Assembly (NCBI GenBank): GCA_964019335.1
Contig: OZ025698.1
Coordinates: 434,001-498,000, forward strand
Direction: 5' to 3'
DNA: 64,000 nucleotides
Source: Diplonema japonicum
Taxonomy: Eukaryota; Protista; Euglenozoa: Diplonemea
Below the pieces are notes generated by a model that saw only the letters and a list, made by a program, of their open reading frames with translations, did not search any database and was not told the DNA's origin. Below, one piece after another: positions 59,359 to 64,000 of this stretch (the first letter of the stretch is position 1; each line of letters starts with the position of its first letter). Both the position numbers and the translations under genes were made by a program.

Positions 59359-62300
59359 ATGTCCGTCAGGGACCTGCTGGGGCTGCTTGGGCTGGTCGAA
59401 ACAAACCCTGGCCCACCCAAGAAGCTGCCGCCCCCGTCGCCTAAGGGTCTCAAGGTTGTCTCGTGGAACTGCAACGGCCTCGTTGCGAAATGGACCGTCG
59501 TATCTCGCCATGCTGACTTCTTGTCGCTGGACATCATCATGATACAGGAGACGCACCTGAGGGAAGGGCACGACACGCCACACCTGCCTGGGTACAGGTC
59601 ATACAGGAGGGATCGGTTGACACCGGTGACTGACGGCACTGCGACGAGGGGTGGTGGTATTGTCACGTATGTCCGCGACGATCTTGCCTCGGAGGAGGTT
59701 CCGCACGTACTCCCGGCTGGGGACTGTGTCACTGAGAGACTGGATGTGAGGATCTCCTGCGAGAAGCGTGAGCCGATCACTCTCTCCAACGTTTACCTTA
59801 CACCGGTAAGCGCGAGCAGAGGCACGAGGGACCCTGAGTACCTGCGGCCTGGCAGCCTTCCCATGGGGAAGAACACAGTCATAGCGGGTGACTTCAATGC
59901 TCACCACAGCTCCTGGGACGCCACGGTGACGACGCCGAACGAGAGGGGGAACGTGGTCAGGGACTGGCTGGACACCCACGGGTACTCCGTCTACAACGAC
60001 CGCAACGAACCGACGAGGGACTCGTCACGACACGTTCTGGACCTGGTTGTGGGGCGCTGCGCGAAGCTTGAGCCGAAGACGCTGGGCACGTGGGGCTCCG
60101 ATCATAGTCCCGTATCCTTTCACCTGCCTCTTGAGGACGTCTACCGTTCGGAGCGCCCCTTCCCCACCTGGAATTTCAAAAAAGCCAGATGGGATGACTA
60201 CACTGCTGCTGTTGCCCGCCTGCTTGCTGGTGTTGACACGGCGGCTCCGATTGACTCTGTCACGAAGGGGTTTACACAAGCCCTTTTGACTGCGGCGAAC
60301 GACCACATTCCCCTCTGTGGGATGCGACGTGGCCCGACCCCCTGGTGGACTGCTGAGCTCGAGGACGCCTTCGAAGAGCGGAACACCCTGCGCGAACTCC
60401 TGCTCCAAGAGGCGGACGTGGTGGTGGAGGAGTACAGGGCGAAGGTGAAAGAAGTCAACCGACTTCTTGACGAGACGAAGCGTGAGGCATGGGGAAGGAT
60501 GGCGGCCGACCTCAGCCGGAGCAAGGACCTCGGGGCTGCGTTCAGAGCGGTGAAGAAGCTGGACGGCAGGCACCGAAAGACACACCTTCCTGTACTCGAG
60601 GGAAGATTTGTGTCGGACAAGGCGAAGGCCGACCGGCTGGGGGCGCACTTCGCTAAGCTCTACGGCAGGCGTGGTGACGGGAACTCGAAGGACGCCGCTC
60701 CTTCTGCAAGCAGACTCGGGTGTCAAGCGTTCACCGTGGACGACCTCACCCGCGGCCTGAGAAGGATGAAGACGCGCAGCGCGGCCGGGGAAGACGGAAT
60801 CTTCTCGGAGATGCTCCTACACCTGAACACGGACTCCCTCGGTGTCCTCCTTCTACTCCTCAATCGCTCCTGGCTGATGGGTGTCGTTCCCGGTGCCTGG
60901 AAGAAGGGAGTGATCGTCCCGGTACCGAAACCTGGAAAAGATGCGACTCTCTTGGCTTCCTACCGGCCGATCTGCCTGACCAGCTGCCTCTGCAAGCTGC
61001 TGGAGAGGATGATCGAGGAGAGGCTCACGTTTCTTCTTGACGCGGATGGGACGGGAGTCGAGGGACTCCACGACAGCCAGGCTGGTTTCAGACGCGGCCG
61101 CTCCACGGAGGAGCAGGTGGCATACCTCACTGAGTGCATGTCGAGGAACAAAGACGATCGACGTCTCTCGGCCGCTCTGCTGTTCGACTTCTCTTCTGCC
61201 TTCGACCTGGTGCCCCATGGTGCCCTGCTGGACAAGATGCGAGGGAAGGGTCTCCCCGAACCCTTCGTGGAGTGGACGCGGTCCTTTCTATGCGGCCGTA
61301 CTGCTGCGGTCACGATTGGACGGTCGAGGGGGTCGACGACGAAGGTGCGACGGGGTGTCCCCCAGGGCTCTGTCTTGGGTCCCATCCTGTACACCATCTA
61401 CGTCGACGAACTCGCCAGGAGACTGGAGGGACTGGCGGACGTCTCGGTGCTCTACGCCGACGACGTGGCGGTTGTGATCTCCTCTGGACAAGGGGACGTG
61501 GCTGGGCTGGAGCGGAAGGCGCAGGCGGTGGTGGATGCGGTTGAGGACTGGTGCAGGGAGCGTGACATGCTGCTGAGCACGTCCAAGACGCAGGCAGTCT
61601 GCGTCCCCCCCCAGAAACGTCTCGGGGTCTACTTCACTTCGTCACGAGTCCCCCTTCAGCCAGGTGCCTTCCAGAACCCACTCTTCGGCCTGGGGGTGAA
61701 CGCCGATGGCACGATCTCCGGGGACCAGGAGCTGGCGGGCCTTCAGGTTGTGGAGGCGGGTGGTGTGCGGATCCGCTGCGTGCGGGACATGCATGCAGCC
61801 GTGCGACGGCCCGACGTGGATTACGTTGCGGCCCGTCCCCTGCCTCTATCTGAACACGCGAGGTACCTTGGGGTTACGGTGGACTCTGGGCTCACGTTCG
61901 GTGAACACGCACAGGACATCCTACGGCGGGCCAGCAAAAGGCTGAGGGTGCTGAAGCTCTTGTCCGGCACGTCCTGGGGCAGCAAGAGGGACACTCTGCG
62001 GTCTCTCTACGTTACGTACATCCTCCCGCTGCTGCGCTACTGCATGGGGGTCTACTACAGCAGGCTCGATGATGTCGGGAGGAAGGACCTGGCTGGGCTT
62101 CACCAGGAGGCGGCGGTGCTGATCACGGGCTGCTGGAGTGGCTCCGGAGGGCACAAGCTCCTAGCTGAGGCAGGACTGCTTCCCCTCGAAAGAATGGCGG
62201 AGGGTGCTGCGGCGACGATGACGGCGAAGGCCTTCTGCTGGCAGTCTTCCCCGGTTCACAGGGAGACGGTCAAGCTGAAGCAGGCGAACAGGCTGGGGTG

Positions 62301-63510
62301 TGGGTGGCTGCGCTCTGGCTACCAAGCACTGCGTCGATGCGGGTTGGAACCAAAGGTGCACTTCGAGTACCTGTCGGCTACGCCCCTGGCGGCCCCGTGG
62401 CAGACAGGCATGGTCGACTTCAGGACTGACCTCCCCGGCGGGGTCACGCGATCGTCGCCAGACGCGGACAGGCGGAAGGCGGCCGAGGCTGCTCTTGCGG
62501 CTCTCCCCCCGGGCATCCATGCCTACACAGATGGCTCGGTTGTACAGGTCGGACAGAAGGCGAAAGGTGGCTCTGGGGTTTATCTGCAGCTGCCTCCCCC
62601 CCTGACCCCTGTGTCTATGTGCCATGGCGTCAACGACTTCTGTTCATCTTTTCGGGCAGAGGGCATGGCTGTGAAAACGGCGCTGGATATGGTGGCTACC
62701 CTCCGAAAAACACACCCTTCGCTGGCGAAGTCCCCGCTGTCGATCTGCACCGACTCCCTCTCCCTCGTCGAGCAGCTGCGAGCTGGCCCAACGCGACAGA
62801 GGGAGAAGCTCGACCACCAGACGTGGAGCCGGCTGGTGTCCGCGGCGCGCACGCAGGGGACACCGGTGGTCCTCCAGTTTGTGCCCTCCCACTGTGGGGT
62901 GGACGGGAACGAGAAGGCTGACGCTCTGGCCGTGGAGGGAACGAAGCGGAAGCAGGACAGGCCCTCCCTTGACTACCGATCAGTGAGGGCCCTGGTGCGA
63001 CGGTGGGTGGTGCGGAGGTCCGCGGAGCTCATAACATCCCTCGCCCACAACTACGCGGTGGCGACCGAGCTTCGGTCCGCGCACTTCCCCCTTGGCTTCC
63101 CCAGACAAGCTGAAACGGTCATCTCGCGGCTGCGGATTGGTCACTCGGCTCTCTTCTTCGGCTTCCTGCAGACTGCTGGCCCGAACAGGAAGCACAAGGG
63201 TGTGCTCCGGTGCCCAGCCTGCCACGCAGCACCGATGTCCAGGGAGCATGTTGTCGGTGGGTGCCCTGTGATCGGGAGGGGGGCGATCGACACTCCTGCT
63301 GGTACTCCCTCCCTAGCCTTCTCCCTGTCGAGACGCGTGACCCAGATCTACGACCTCGTTGTTGAGTCTGGCCTGCTCGCCTGGTCACGCTCCGGACTGT
63401 TCACCTCGCCATCATCCCTGGCGTCTACAGACGTCACTGCACCTTCAAACGTGCCGCCCCCTCCTCCGGTCTCTCTTGACGCCGGTCCCGCGGCCCCCGT
63501 GCTGCGCTAA
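59359..63510 (+). CDS. Retroposon ORF2: 2A-like motif, APE endonuclease, reverse transcriptase, RNase H, Cys/His knuckle
   Basis: GLVETNPGP; SWNCNGL, IQETH, AGDFNAHH, GSDH; GVPQGSVLGP, LYADD, YLGV; YTDGS, TDSLS, FVPSHCGVDGNEKAD; CPAC...HVVGGCP. Confidence 0.95.
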   Translation: MSVRDLLGLLGLVETNPGPPKKLPPPSPKGLKVVSWNCNGLVAKWTVVSRHADFLSLDIIMIQETHLREGHDTPHLPGYRSYRRDRLTPVTDGTATRGGGIVTYVRDDLASEEVPHVLPAGDCVTERLDVRISCEKREPITLSNVYLTPVSASRGTRDPEYLRPGSLPMGKNTVIAGDFNAHHSSWDATVTTPNERGNVVRDWLDTHGYSVYNDRNEPTRDSSRHVLDLVVGRCAKLEPKTLGTWGSDHSPVSFHLPLEDVYRSERPFPTWNFKKARWDDYTAAVARLLAGVDTAAPIDSVTKGFTQALLTAANDHIPLCGMRRGPTPWWTAELEDAFEERNTLRELLLQEADVVVEEYRAKVKEVNRLLDETKREAWGRMAADLSRSKDLGAAFRAVKKLDGRHRKTHLPVLEGRFVSDKAKADRLGAHFAKLYGRRGDGNSKDAAPSASRLGCQAFTVDDLTRGLRRMKTRSAAGEDGIFSEMLLHLNTDSLGVLLLLLNRSWLMGVVPGAWKKGVIVPVPKPGKDATLLASYRPICLTSCLCKLLERMIEERLTFLLDADGTGVEGLHDSQAGFRRGRSTEEQVAYLTECMSRNKDDRRLSAALLFDFSSAFDLVPHGALLDKMRGKGLPEPFVEWTRSFLCGRTAAVTIGRSRGSTTKVRRGVPQGSVLGPILYTIYVDELARRLEGLADVSVLYADDVAVVISSGQGDVAGLERKAQAVVDAVEDWCRERDMLLSTSKTQAVCVPPQKRLGVYFTSSRVPLQPGAFQNPLFGLGVNADGTISGDQELAGLQVVEAGGVRIRCVRDMHAAVRRPDVDYVAARPLPLSEHARYLGVTVDSGLTFGEHAQDILRRASKRLRVLKLLSGTSWGSKRDTLRSLYVTYILPLLRYCMGVYYSRLDDVGRKDLAGLHQEAAVLITGCWSGSGGHKLLAEAGLLPLERMAEGAAATMTAKAFCWQSSPVHRETVKLKQANRLGCGWLRSGYQALRRCGLEPKVHFEYLSATPLAAPWQTGMVDFRTDLPGGVTRSSPDADRRKAAEAALAALPPGIHAYTDGSVVQVGQKAKGGSGVYLQLPPPLTPVSMCHGVNDFCSSFRAEGMAVKTALDMVATLRKTHPSLAKSPLSICTDSLSLVEQLRAGPTRQREKLDHQTWSRLVSAARTQGTPVVLQFVPSHCGVDGNEKADALAVEGTKRKQDRPSLDYRSVRALVRRWVVRRSAELITSLAHNYAVATELRSAHFPLGFPRQAETVISRLRIGHSALFFGFLQTAGPNRKHKGVLRCPACHAAPMSREHVVGGCPVIGRGAIDTPAGTPSLAFSLSRRVTQIYDLVVESGLLAWSRSGLFTSPSSLASTDVTAPSNVPPPPPVSLDAGPAAPVLR

Positions 63511-63939
63511 GGGATCGCCCCGCGTGTGTGTAAAGTGAAATGTTGTGTTTTCCACTTTCCCCTTCCTCTCACTGTTTCCCATTTCCCCTTTTTTTTATTT
63601 TCACACTCACCAATGATTCGCTCAATAGGAGCAATACCTCCCTGGGGGGCTTTCCGCCGGAGGTTCCAGCCAAAGAAGGACATCCAGCTGGAAGGTAGGC
63701 CCCCGTTTTTCTCTCACTTGACTGAGGGAATAATGTAATTCAGCCCTCTTCGGCTGTCCCAAAGCAGAGCACGGGTTGGTGGGGGACCAGGGCTCCTCCT
63801 GCTTGCAGAAGCCTGGTCCTTTGCCCTCCCTATTTCCCCATGGTTTCCCTTCACCTTTTTTTCCCCTTTTCTCAGGTGTTGCTCTCCATGGCGGCCCTGC
63901 ATTGGTATTTTGAAAAAAAAAAAAAAAAAATACACGAAA

Positions 63940-64000
63940 CGTTTTCTCTCACTTGACTGAGGGAATAATGTAATTCAGCCCTCTTCGGCTGTCCCAAAGC
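63940..64000 (+). mobile_element. Start of a further, very short 5'-truncated family B copy (runs off the window)
   Basis: Repeats 3'-UTR sequence TTTTCTCTCACTTGACTGAGGG...GTCCCAAAGC after the spacer TACACGAAA. Confidence 0.75.

Larger units (their letters stand above)
56358..63930 (+). mobile_element. Long family B non-LTR retroposon (ORF1, ORF2, 3' UTR, A18 tail)
   Basis: Bounded by TCCGTATCC (56349-57) and an A run (63913-30). Contains two long intact ORFs. Confidence 0.85.

Noticed and set aside
55568-63930. ~780-bp direct repeats flanking ORF1/ORF2 read as LTRs
   Set aside because: The repeat includes the ORF2 C-terminus and ends in an A tail, and there is no integrase or protease. It is better explained as a 5'-truncated tandem copy.

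Overview
Eukaryotic nuclear DNA, most likely a diplonemid or other euglenozoan. This is inferred from a PolI-B/C/D-type mitochondrial polymerase, a one-strand gene cluster, Ingi-like retroposons and many short GT-AG introns. Positions 1-50.9 kb hold about 21 host genes, essentially all on the + strand, separated by homopolymer-rich spacers. They include a DCAF1-like 3' end, three ubiquitin-like/ankyrin genes, a degenerate receptor cyclase, a 15-intron kinesin/coiled-coil/Roc-like GTPase fusion, a METTL21-like methyltransferase, Arp3, PolA, an acylated AIG1/septin-like GTPase and a FYVE/F-box gene. Mobile DNA in this part comprises a split-direct-repeat RNase H mini-element, a complete HDV-like ribozyme heading a ~320-bp island, and a decayed piggyBac. 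Positions 51-64 kb are a head-to-tail stack of APE-RT-RNase H non-LTR retroposons from at least two families. Three junctions read (3' tail)-TCCGTATCC-(5'-truncated next copy), and both families share a structured 3'-UTR RNA motif. Two copies carry 2A-type NPGP motifs. The long copy has ORF1 and ORF2 in one frame separated by a single UGA. All calls are by eye, without database searches.
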